Positions 1 to 11,245 of a stretch of 64,000 nt of DNA are shown here, piece after piece. The DNA is taken from assembly GCA_964019425.1 (NCBI GenBank), contig OZ025784.1, positions 806,001-870,000 on the forward strand. Reading direction: 5' to 3'. Made by a program: the position numbers and the translations under genes. This DNA is from Flectonema sp. DT1601 (lineage: Eukaryota). Below the pieces are notes generated by a model. It made no database searches. It saw nothing but the letters and a program-made list of their open reading frames with translations, and had not been told where the DNA came from. Within the stretch, counting starts at the first letter, position 1; every line of letters starts with the position of its first letter.

Positions 1-91
1 AAAAAAAAAAAAAAAAAAAAAAGACCAGAAAAGGAAAGAGAAAATGAAAAGGTATAATATTATTGTGGGGATATGAGGATAGCAGGGAGAT

Positions 92-115
<24 letters not shown>
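1..115 (-). repeat. Inverted-repeat arm, reverse complement of ~2436-2545
   Basis: agaccagaaaaggaaagagaaaat..ggtataatattattgtggggatatgaggatagcagggagatgct is the near-exact reverse complement of agcatctccctgctatcctcatatccccacaataatattatacc..ttctggtct at 2461-2533. Confidence 0.9.
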
Positions 116-126
<11 letters not shown>

Positions 127-139
127 TTATTATTTAAAA

Positions 140-1195
140 AAAGGAAACAATCAGTTTAGCGTCTCGATCGGGACGGAAAATAGAAATTAATCGACATAGT
201 CGATCGATAGAAAAAAAAACAATGATAACATTGTTTATTCTTTTTTTTTTTTTTTTTTTTTTTTAAATCCTTTTAATTATTTTAAAGAAAAAACAATCAG
301 TTTAGCGTCTTGACCAGGACGGAAAATAGAAAGTGATCGACATAGTCGATCGATAAAAAAACAATGATAACATTGTTTATTCATTTTTTTTATTTTTTTT
401 TAAATTCTTATTATTTATTTTTTAAAGAAAAAAAAACGGAAAATAAAAATTAGTCGACAAAGTCGAACGATAAAAAAAAAACAATGATAACATTGTTTAT
501 TCTTTTTTTTTTTGTTTTTTTTTTATATTCTTTTTTATTAATTTTGAAAAAAAAAACAATCAGTTTAGCGTCTTGACCAGGACGGAAAATAGAAAGTAAT
601 CGACATAGTCGATCGATAAAAAAACAATGATAACATTGTTTAATCTTTTTTTTTAAATTCTTTTTATTTATTTTTTAAAGCAAAAAAACGGAAAATAGAA
701 ATTAGTCGACAAAGTCGAACGATAAAAAAACAATGATAACATTGTTTATTCTTTTTTTTATTTTTTTTATATTTTTTTTTAATTAATTTTGAAAAAAAAA
801 CAATCAGTTTAGCGTCTTGACCAGGACGGAAAATAGAAAGCGATCGACATAGTCGATCGATAAGAAAACAATGATAACATTGTTTATTCTTTTTTTTTAT
901 TTTAAATTCTTTTTATTTATTTTTTAAAGAAAAAAAACGGAAAATAGAAATTAGTCGACAAGGACGAACGATAAAAAAAAACAATGATAACATTGTTTAT
1001 TCTTTTTTTTGTATTTTTTTTATATTCTTTTTTATTAATTTTGAAAAAAAAAAAAAAAAACAGTCAGTTTAGCGTCTTGACCAGGACGGAAAATAGAAAG
1101 TGATCGACATAGTCGATCGATAAAAAAACAATGATAACATTGTTTATTCTTTTTTTTTATTTTAAATTCTTTTTATTTATTTTTTAAAGAAAAGA
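140..1195 (+). repeat. Tandem satellite of two alternating related monomers (dimer ~245-265 bp) with internal palindromes
   Basis: 8 monomers (A,A,B,A,B,A,B,A), each with cggaaaat..tcgac..gtcga..cgata..aacaatgataacattgtt and a T-rich spacer. A-type starts near 147, 294, 557, 801, 1061. Confidence 0.9.
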
Positions 1196-1805
1196 ACATG
1201 CCTCCGGAGAACCGACAGACACCCCCGCCAAGGAAGACCGCGATACCTTCGAAGAACCAGTAGGCATCCTCACCAAAGGCGAGCGTGAACTGTCCAGCCC
1301 TTCATCGCAGCCGGAAGAACACAACACGGAGATCCACACACCCCCTATAGCCAGAACACTAATTCTCGATAGCCCTAACAACTCTACAGAAGAACCGACG
1401 CCGAAGACCAGAAGAGCTAGGAGCAGCCCACCCCGGACAGGGACAAGCGGTTCCGATGCCTCCACAAACGACGCCGAAGACATCAAACCGACCTGTGACC
1501 ACGCACCACCGATGCAAAAGGGACCAAGGGTCAAATGTGACTTCTGCCGTAGATTGCTACAACGGAAATGGCTCAGGAGCAGATGCACGAAGTGCCAGAT
1601 AACCACCTGCCGCAGGTGCTGGACCGCCGGAGAGAAGAATGCCACCAGAGCCTTGGCTCACCCAGACGGTACGCCAAGACACGGGAGGACGAGGTCGTGC
1701 CCGTCCCCAGCCGAGAAGACAAAGAAAAAGTTATCACCATACAGTTCCGCGGACTCAGAGAAGACCAACCTGAGTCCGGGGAAGAGACTTAAAGACGACT
1801 GCTGA
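1188..1805 (+). pseudogene. 5'-truncated open frame: low-complexity S/T/P/E region followed by a Cys-rich putative zinc finger (CDFC..CTKC..CRRC)
   Basis: Frame of ORF 1512..1805 is open back to a TAA at 1185-1187 with no upstream ATG. GC-rich, directly abutting the satellite. Confidence 0.4.
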
Positions 1806-2301
1806 GATCTGTGGGTGTACTCACACGTCCCCTCCCCCCTCCTCCCCCCACCCCCCCCCTTTATACCCACCGGAATAGATAATTTCTTTTAAAAGTGTCA
1901 CTGTGAGACCTCAAAGAAAGCCGCACGTCCTCGGCAAAAAGAAGCCTGAGATGCTGACAAAAAGTCGATCTGTTAGTGAAACCTTGCCACTTAGCTTAGC
2001 TCTTCCAAAAACAACCAAGGCGGAACAAGATTGACTGCATCGAAGGTGGAAACCGACAGCGTGCGAAGAAGAAAAAAGTAAAAGACTTAGGTAAAGCATA
2101 CAATAGGTTATTAGGGAATAACCGCCGTCACACGGAAGAGTGATGAGTAAACCAGGGGCAATAATTACAACTTGGTCCACCGGGCTGGTGACAATGTTCC
2201 AACGTAGCATGCTAGGGCTAAGACAAGAGATGCGCCTGACGCGGGTGGAGTAGAGTCTTGTTATATTTTGGAGCGCAACGTTTTCGAACTACCCAATATA
2301 C

Positions 2302-2421
2302 CCGTCAGGAGGCAACTTGTACTTGGCTTACAATTTTAAAGACTACCAGTTTTCTCAGATAGAATTCCAGCAGACAAAGAAAAGTAAAAGAACTGTACTA
2401 GCATGTGGTTTCTTCCCGGCA
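2302..2421 (+). repeat. Dispersed repeat with an inverted copy at 26861-26982
   Basis: ccgtcaggaggcaacttg..gcttacaattttaaagactaccag..gcatgtggtttcttcccggcat matches the reverse complement at 26861-26982. Confidence 0.9.
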
Positions 2422-2577
2422 TCTTCGCTTCGGCGAAAAAAAAAAAAAAAAAAAAAAAAGAGCATCTCCCTGCTATCCTCATATCCCCACAATAATATTA
2501 TACCTTTTTATTTTCTCTTTCCTTTTCTGGTCTTTTTTTTTTTCTTTTTTTTCCTTTTTCATACAACGTTTTTTATT

Positions 2578-3210
2578 TATATATCAGTCATTCCTTTTTT
2601 TTGCGAACAAAAAACACCATTTTCTCACCGCCTGAGCAAGGTTACACGATATGTTACTTTTGCTCGATTTTTTATTTTTTGGAATCGGGGAGGGTGCGAT
2701 CTGTAAAATTAGGCATAGGGATATACTTTTAAACATGGTAATTGTCCTTCCATGCTTTGCACCTGTCGAAATAATAAAACTTAAAAACTACACACGCACC
2801 AATAACAAGCGATTACACTAGAACGCGCGATTGCAAGAACACCCTGGTTCAAGGTGGCTTCGAAAACGTGAGTGTGAGAGAAAGAAGTGATCGAGCTGTA
2901 TAAAGAATTTCTTTTTGAAAAAATAGAAGGCTAAAGAATATATAAAAAATGTCTGTTGTTTTGTTCATTTTTCCAACTTCGGAATCATACACTTTTCTGT
3001 CTGATTCCTTTGATTATTTCTTTCCGGTGCTAAGCTTGGTGGAAAATTACCTGAATGAATTCTAGTAAGTGCTGCTAAAAAGAGATAAACGTCTCTTTGC
3101 AAAATTTCCTTGGTACTACTCGAGCAAAAGTAACATATCGTGTAACCTTGCTCAGGCGGTGAGAAAATGGTGTTTTTTGTTCGCAAAAAAAAGGAATGAC
3201 TGATATATAT
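2578..3210. repeat. Fold-back: ~90-bp inverted repeats (2578-2667 / 3119-3210) around a ~450-bp spacer
   Basis: tatatcagtcattcc..gcgaacaaaaaacaccattttctcaccgcctgagcaaggttacacgatatgttacttttgctcga and its reverse complement at 3119-3210. Confidence 0.9.
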
Positions 3211-3265
3211 TTTTTTTTTTTTTTTTTTTTCATGTTTGATTATTTCCTCTTCATTTTTTTTTTTC

Positions 3266-3296
<31 letters not shown>

Positions 3297-4109
3297 CCTC
3301 TGCCTCTCTCTTAATTCTGTTCGTTTCTTTGAAACGAAAATTCATTTGAATATTATTCCTTGGTCAGCAACCATCATTGTCGCCCTTTGGGCCTGTTAAA
3401 AAAAAATAAAAATAAAAAGAAAGTTTACATCGGGAATAGGGCAGGAGCCAAAAGTCCGTTACTTCCCACTTTATCGAAATTCAAAAAATGATAAATATTA
3501 ATCCCAGACCTGGAATGGAAAGATCGAGAAAATCTGAGTAAAAAACACCCCTAAATTTTTTTTTTTCACTATTTTTTCCCCCTTCTCCCGCACTCAAGAG
3601 ATATGCACCTTTTTACTAACAAATCAACCCTAGTAGCAATTATGTAAGGAAAATGTTGCATCTGTGGTGGTGATAATGATCATTAAGTATCAAAGTAGGT
3701 CCAAAAAGACAGGTAGTAACAATCTGCCTCACCGGCACATGCTTAGTACTCTTTAATATATTTTTGCTCGATTATTTTTTCTCTGGATCCCGCTGGACCA
3801 GCAGTATAAAATTAGACCCTTCGATTAATTTTTAGTTTTGGTACTTGTCCACGGCTGAGCTGATTTAGTAAACCACAAAATCTCTTTTCTCAATTCGGGT
3901 GACAAGTATGTGATGCCAACCTCCCGATTTCGGACGGAAATGAACCCAATGATGCAGCGCATTAAAAATGCCGCTTCGATCGAAAATTTTACAATTTTTT
4001 TTTGAAAATCTTTTTCAATGTCCAAAATTTGTTCGCAAAAAAAAGGAATGACTGATATATATATTTTTTTTTTTTTTTGATGTTTGATTATTTCCTCTTC
4101 ATATTTTTT

Positions 4110-4140
<31 letters not shown>

Positions 4141-4326
4141 CTCTGCCTCTCTCTTAATTCTGTTCGTTTCTTTGAAACGAAAATTCATTTGAATATTATT
4201 CCTTGGTCAGCATCGGTCATTGTCGCCCTTTGGGCCTGTTAAAAAATAAAATAAAAAGAAAGTTTACATCGGGAATAGGGCAGGAGCCAAAAGCTCCCAG
4301 TCCGTTAATTCCCACCTTTTCGAAAT
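3178..4326 (+). repeat. ~300-bp direct repeat (3178-3482 and 4030-4326)
   Basis: tgttcgcaaaaaaaaggaatgactg..ctctgcctctctcttaattctgttcg..gggaatagggcaggagccaaaag occurs twice. Confidence 0.9.
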
Positions 4327-4429
4327 CACTCAGTCTTTGTCAGTTTTGGCATCAAACCTGTAATGGTTTCATCATTGAATTTAACTACCATTTCAACAGG
4401 TTATTTACTGAAATATTTGTTCTAAAAGT

Positions 4430-4590
4430 TGCTAAGTATCTCTCACTTAGAAATTTTTTATTTTTTTATTTTCAGCTTAATTAGCTACAAAGTGTTTCTA
4501 CTAAGTGTTTCTCACTTAGATTTTTTTTTTGCTTTTCAGCTCCTTAAAAGCTGCTAAGTATTTCTGCTAAGTGTTTCTCACTTAGAATTT
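4430..4590 (+). repeat. Three copies of hairpin motif ctaagt-N7-acttag with interleaved half copies
   Basis: ctaagtatctctcacttag at ~4432, ctaagtgtttctcacttag at ~4501 and ~4567. Confidence 0.75.
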
Positions 4591-4897
4591 TATTTTAATG
4601 TTCGTTTTCTATCCCGGCGGCAAAGGGAAACAAGAAAGAACGGGCAATGAGACAAACCTGTTTTCAAGAAGTTAGTTGGTGTTGTGTTGTTGTTTACAAC
4701 AAAACAAAAACGTCAGGAAGTCCAACAACGAAGACATCGACATCGATCGCTGCTCTGCAGATGTCCGGCGGGTGTTCGTCTACACTGTGTTATTGTTTGT
4801 TTTTATCCCAAGGTTCACCCTTGGGAAGAGAAGTAAAAAATTCCGTCAATGTTGGCCTTCCTGTTTGAAGGTGCGCACCAATGACGATAAATAGAGT

Positions 4898-5145
4898 ACC
4901 ACAGAACAGAACAGAACAGAACAGTCTGAACGAGAATGAGCCCCTCAGTGATTAAACCCACCGCACACGCGATGCGCCGGTCCAAAGTCCGGAACCTCAC
5001 CACAAGCGATGCCCATTTAGTTGTCAAAGTGACATGTATGGCAAACTGAACAGGTTTGACATCGCACAGCACACCAGCGCCAACGGTACCATCTGGATAT
5101 CACTCACTTTTTTCAATAGAATTCACACATTTTCACACATTTTCA
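4898..5145 (+). mobile_element. Detached copy of the 3' subterminal region of the 6860-9870 transposon
   Basis: Near-identical to ~9435-9716, minus small deletions, e.g. between the two cacaagcgatg direct repeats. Confidence 0.85.
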
Positions 5146-5247
5146 TGGGAACCATACACAAAGAACACACATACATCATTGTTTTTTAATCGATTGACTA
5201 TGTCAATTAATTTTTATTTTCCCGGCTGCCACCTCTCGACGAACCTG

Positions 5248-5673
<426 letters not shown>

Positions 5674-7187
5674 GACCCAGTACCCAATGTTAGAATAGAA
5701 GAGAAGGCGACATTGGGAGTGCAATCTCTCAAACAGAACCCTGGGAGACATGATTCTGAATAAGCTTCAGACATCGGTGATGGATAACTAGTCTCCAGCG
5801 ACTTGTACATGAGAATAACGTCCTCACGTCAGCAACGGAAGAGTTTCCCAGAATTATTTGTCACAACTGAGCTGATACAACAAGATCGACCAAATTCGCC
5901 GACATTATCTGTTATAATCCAAACATCACAGCAGCATAGGTTCGTGAGGCAGGTTCTTGATGCCTTCTCACAAACCCCAAGACAACCTCTTCTGAATATG
6001 TTACAGTGACAACTTACATGCGTCAACAGAAGTGACACATCTGCTCCCGCCAGCTCCGCCAGCATTAATCGTTCCAACTGAAACAACCCAACCAGGGGTT
6101 TGATATCGGAATGATATTTGGGAGTGAGACACCGATAGATATTTGCGGGAAAGTGGTAATCTTAATGAAAATGGGAAGCGCTCGGGGATCTCGGAGGGGG
6201 ACATAAAAGACGATGAGAACAGAAGATGCCTGTTTGATACACCGCAACGTCAAGCAGAAATACCTTCTTCGGTCCCAAGGACAATGCCAGACTCCTTTAC
6301 ATCGACAGATGACTCCCAATGACACCAGACAATCGATGAAGATTGAGATAGGGTTTCTGTTCTGCTAGTTGTGCGCGTATATTACGTTATATTCTTTATT
6401 CAGGTGCTGTACAGACATAAAAGGCAGATTCACATTGTTGAATGCTTATCGTCAACTTACCTTAGCAGGTTGTGCTCTGTTATACTCAGTAGAGGGAGAG
6501 AATGAATGTTGTAAACCTCGAGGAAAACTCGCGAACCGATAAGAATACATCACTACAGTTGGAGCGGAAAAAGAAATGGCAATGAAAGCTAAAAGATGGC
6601 TTACATGTGCTGCCAAGTACCTGTTATATAAAAACAAGAGAAACCTTCTAGAGACCTTCAAAACACTTGCTCATCACGGCCATCTCTCATTCTTGCCAAT
6701 CTCTGTCTTTAGTTAAACTTATCGAAATAAATAAATAAGTTATGGTCTTCCTTCTTGTGATAGCTATCCAACCAGTAATTATTAGATTTTTACTACTGTC
6801 GACTACTTAACAAATATTCTTCGCATTATTGACAGGTACATCAATATATGAACATGGAATGAGGCGATCGGCAGGGGTGGAGGTTTCACGAATTTTCACG
6901 ATCCTTCACGGTTTGTCACGAGTTGTCACTACCTATCACGAAAATTCACGAAAATTCACTGCCAAAAACATGGTGAAAAATCGTGAATTTTCGTGAATTT
7001 TGATATTGAGATTTGTGGTTTGGTAAAAAAAACTACTCAGGGGGGGCCTGAACTGCACTGCTTCGTGCTTGTTAATCCTATCGTTCTCTACAGTTTATTG
7101 TTAATACTACTTCTCTTTAATCCAGCTCTTGTTACAGTTTCATGTGGTTGCTGAACTATTCTAGCACAGGTGGGTTGATAGGCATGT

Positions 7188-8030
7188 GTGGTGATTGTTG
7201 AAGTGGTGGTGCTTGTTAATCCTATCAAGATTAAGATTAAGATTGGTGAGGTTGACGGTGTATCGCAATACACTGTTGCTGGGACCCTGCATCACCGCCC
7301 ACAGCCACCAAGTACAGTTGTCCCGATCCTCTTGCAGCACATTGCCATGCGCCGCATTCCGCAGTTTACCCGCCAGCTTCATGGTCTTGACTCCGTCAGT
7401 TATTGGGCTGCACGAAGAGAGATGATCCGGTGGTTGTATGTGCAGGATTGTGTGTTTCTCATTCGCAACCGGGAGAGTACCTTCTGCCTAGTAAGTGACG
7501 CAACATCTGTGACAGAAAACTCGTCAGCGCTACACATCACTGCTGCTACAGCTACGACTGCATGCTATAGTCTTGCATGCAGACTGACACAGAGCCACCA
7601 AGCTCAATCATTCTGTGACACCCTACGACGTGCGCTGCACCACTTCCAGCAGCTCGGAATCTTAATCACTGATCCGGCACCACCACCTCTGTCAACTTGC
7701 ATGATTACCTCTGCGCTCAGTGATCGGGGTGGATCAGAATACAGGGGGTTTAAATTATTTGACCAAGATGGCAATATCTGCCTCATCCCGGAGCCTACAC
7801 ACCGAGTTCATTGCATTGCCTCCTGGATTGCGAAGTACTTTGGCCTCAGTGACTTCCTCCGTTCAATAGTAACGCTGTGCTTCTTCATACGTGGGAATCG
7901 GTCGTTTGCTTACTGGCTTCGCAAGAAGCACCGCATCTCTTTTAGGGCGTGCCCATTTAAAGAGAAGGCCGACAGCATCAAAAAAGAGAAGAGGAGTTGC
8001 GGGAGAAGGAGGGGCATCTCCGGTCGATGA
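7188..8030 (+). pseudogene. DDE transposase remnant (hAT/P-like RNase H fold), truncated
   Basis: Motifs FCLVSDATS (first Asp), ITSALSDRGG (second Asp) and IPEPTHRVH (C/DxxH-equivalent), then a helical segment. Composition changes abruptly at ~7960 and no third catalytic Glu region is recognisable. Lies inside the TIRs. Confidence 0.65.
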
Positions 8031-9253
8031 CTGAGAATCTGGACCGCGAAGTCCAGATCCTCCAGAAGGAACGAGAGCTGGAGAACGCCATCGCTGAAGT
8101 GGCGGCTGAGAAGGCTGCTGCCAGAAGAAAGAAGGGGGCAGTAACCCTGACCTTCCGTGTCGAGGCTAACGCCGCCGCCCAGCAACTGAAGAACAAGAAC
8201 CTCGCCCAGTTGCGGACGGCACTGGAGTTCACGACAGACGCAGCCGAGTTGCTTGACAAGGTGTCGGTCATTGTATCTCGGTAGTATGTGTTTCTCTTTT
8301 TTACATAGTAATGATGAATCTGAACAAGCAGCTATTTTATTATCACTACTAAACATAAACCAGCATGAAGAAGAGGAATGACGTCAGTATCACTGAAGTA
8401 GAGGTGACACGCAAACCGGACAATGAGACACAGATGTGTCTCATTGAGAGGGGGGTTGATTTTACAGGTGCCTTGGCAGGGGCGTTGTCTTGGTTAGAGG
8501 ACACGTTCAACTGCTTCATTGTGTTTTCTTGTTGAGGGTAACACAACAGAACATTTCAAAAAGATTAACCGGCAGAAAGTTCAGGACAGCCAGGCCAGAA
8601 GATCAGGCCATTGTCACCTCGATTATTGGGAAAAGATTTTTGCATTGCTCGATACCGAGCTTCCAGGTAGATGGTTCTACATGCTGGAACCCTTGGGGGG
8701 AAAGGGCATTTTTCGTTGCTGCTATTGCGGTGACACAGTCTCCCCTCACCACGCCCGCCTGCTGGAAGTCAATAGGCAGGTCAACCACGCCCTCTCCCAT
8801 GTGAACCACATTCAGGTCTCTAAGCTGAAGAGCGATGTCCCCGATGACCCCATGCTCACCAAGCCTGATGCCAGCATCATCCCGGTGGACGCACCATCCC
8901 TACCTAACCCCCCAACCAAGTCCCAGCGCGGGGCATTCATTTTCTCTGTTGTTGAATGCTTTGCGCTGGAGCTCCCCACAAAGCTAAAGTTGCGTGACCC
9001 CCTCTCCCTCCCGGTGCCCCAGCAGTCCGCCACACTGACCCAAGCGAAAGTAGCGAAAGCAGCAGAAAATGCTGCTGCCAAGAAAGTTGCACAAGAAAAA
9101 ACTGCTCAGCGAAAAGAGGAGGCAAGAAAGGAGAAGGCGGCTGCCAAGAAGGCGAAGGAGGAAGCAAGGGATGCAGCCAGGAAGAAGGCTGCAGAGGCGA
9201 AGAAAAAGAAGGCTGCAGAACCGGCACGCAAGAATCCCAAGGTTGAGCAATGA
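7997..9253 (+). pseudogene. Second coding region of the transposon: coiled coil, probable intron (~8285-8363) and frameshift (~8525), BED-like zinc finger, K/A/E-rich tail
   Basis: ORFs 7997..8284 and 8519..9253; W-x3-F..CCYC..H-x3-H (WEKIF..FRCCYCGD..NHALSH). gtatgt..aaccag intron-like segment. Removing one T in gtgttttctt joins MKKRND..FIVF to LVEGNTT. Confidence 0.5.
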
Positions 9254-10357
9254 CAACAGTTGCTCTTTGGATTTTTTATTTATTTAACCAAAAAAATTAT
9301 CATCAGCTTGGAACCCAATGATTACAGTTACTTGTTTCTACCCCAATGAATTACCTCTCATTGTCTCTCAAGCAATATCAATATGGGTTGTCAGGCTGTC
9401 TCCTGGCAGAGATGGGAGGAGTAATGGAAAGACACCACAGAACAGAACAGTCTGAACGAGAATGAGCCCCTCAGTGATTAAACCCACCGCACACGCGATG
9501 CGCCGGTCCAAAGTCCGGAACCTCACCACAAGCGATGGTCAGGAAGGGTGATGGGTCACTGGGCACAAGCGATGCCCATTTAGTTGTCAAAGTGACATGA
9601 CGTATGGCAAACTGAACAGGTTTGACATCGCACAGCACACCAGCACCAACGGTACCATCTGGCTGGATATCACTCACTTTTTTCACTAGAATTCACACAT
9701 TTTCACACATTTTCACAGGATTTCACTACCAAAAAGCAGCAAAATATTAAGTGAAAAATCGTGAAAAATCGTGAAAAATCGTGAAAAATCGTGAAAAATC
9801 GTGAAAAATCGTGAATTTTCGTGTAGCAAAGTGAAAAATCGTGAACACCTCCACCCTGCCGATCGCCTCATGGAAGTTGTGCTGTAGAACAGTGGAGTGA
9901 GTACTAGTAGGCATGAGGGTATTGTGAAACACTATTGGAGCGCTTTTGGAGTAGACATTTGCCACTTTCTCTTGTTTATATTTTATACTCCTGCGGACTC
10001 AAACCTTAACTTTATTCTTCCTTCACACAGGCATACACAACTACAGATACGGTGAGACCCTCAAACTTATTTTGAAAAACGTTGTTACGACACCTTCTCA
10101 ACTATGTTCACATTGCATCTAGCGTTTTTGACAGTCAATACTGTCTGAAGTAGTGTAGTTCTTTTGAGATGATTAAGTATCTTATTATTCCCCACTCAGG
10201 TAGCATTATCCACAGTTCGAAACAAAATGTTTGAAGTTGTTTTATTATTTTCTATTCGAGATTGAATGAATTGTTGTTTCTGGTGTCTGTGGTGTGTTTT
10301 GTTGTTATTTCTTTTCCTTTTCCACAGGCAGCCGTATCGAAAAGTTCTAAACCAATC

Positions 10358-11245
10358 ATGTTCTGGACAACGTTAACGCCGTGGGAGTCCGAGGAGATCC
10401 ACCGCGGTGCTGGGAATGAGAGTGGGAGGGGCACCAGCAAAACTGGCGCCTCTCCCAGAAGGGAGCAGCAGAGACGGAGAGAGTCTCAGGAGAGGGAACG
10501 AAGGGACCTGCTGCGGGGAGTGAAGGACGCGATGCGTCATTCAGATGATCGGGAGCAGCAGGAAGAGCAGCCATCGTTGGTGCAGCCACTACTACTACCA
10601 CAAGAACAAGAAGAACATCAACAGCTACAACATCAACAGCAGCAGCCGCCACTACCACCACTGACGTTGTCTCGACCAACGCAGCAGGGGCCGACTTCGA
10701 CATTCCAACAACAGCAACTGCAGCAAGAACAACAACAACAGCAACAACAACAACTACTTCAGAATTCAGCACCTGAGCCGCTCACATCACAGCGTGTTTG
10801 GTGCGAACCACTGGCACAACCACAACCACAAGTACGTGCATCGTCGCTGAGACATCCTCGGGCGATGGTGCCAAACAGACAACCGCGGAGTTCATTCCGA
10901 GACCGGATGACCACCGACGCACCAACGGATGGTGACTTCTTCGTGAGGCAGCTTTGTGCGTGTCTCCTCGTCACCGTTGTGTTGATTGTGTCAGTTTTAT
11001 ATTATGCTCACCTACACCCCGAAGTCTTTGAAGGAATTGGGGTGGTTGTTTCTGTGTTTTTCTTTATAGCGAAGTTGTATATCGCTTTATACCCTCCACC
11101 TGTTTTGATCATTGCGATGGTCAGCAGCTGGTTTTTTTCTCGTACATGGAAGGAGTACGCGTTCCGGGTATCGACCTTCCCTATCCAGGTAATCTTCTTC
11201 CTGGTGTGGGGAGTACGCAGCTTGCTGGGAAAGTCGCAAAGTTGA
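10358..11245 (+). CDS. Hypothetical Q-rich protein with ~3-4 C-terminal hydrophobic (TM) segments, 295 aa
   Basis: First ATG at 10358 follows a pyrimidine tract and CAG (10327). Poly-Q runs, then hydrophobic stretches LCACLLVTVVLIVSVLYY, IGVVVSVFFFIA, PPVLIIAMVSSWFF. Confidence 0.6.
   Translation: MFWTTLTPWESEEIHRGAGNESGRGTSKTGASPRREQQRRRESQERERRDLLRGVKDAMRHSDDREQQEEQPSLVQPLLLPQEQEEHQQLQHQQQQPPLPPLTLSRPTQQGPTSTFQQQQLQQEQQQQQQQQLLQNSAPEPLTSQRVWCEPLAQPQPQVRASSLRHPRAMVPNRQPRSSFRDRMTTDAPTDGDFFVRQLCACLLVTVVLIVSVLYYAHLHPEVFEGIGVVVSVFFFIAKLYIALYPPPVLIIAMVSSWFFSRTWKEYAFRVSTFPIQVIFFLVWGVRSLLGKSQS

Larger units (their letters stand above)
6860..9870 (+). mobile_element. DNA transposon, 3,011 bp, TG..CA termini, ~40-bp imperfect TIRs, 5-bp TSD TGGAA; internally deleted (non-autonomous)
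   Basis: Left end tgaggcgatcggcaggggtggaggtttcacg (6860); right end cgtgaacacctccaccctgccgatcgcctca (9870); first 17 bp perfectly inverted. tggaa at 6855-6859 and 9871-9875. Subterminal arrays of ttcacga/tcgtgaa 10-mers at 6885-7000 and 9750-9845. Confidence 0.92.

Noticed and set aside
5690..5905. TGA-to-Trp recoding
   Set aside because: Other ORFs in the window end in TGA, and conserved genes use TGG with no in-frame TGA
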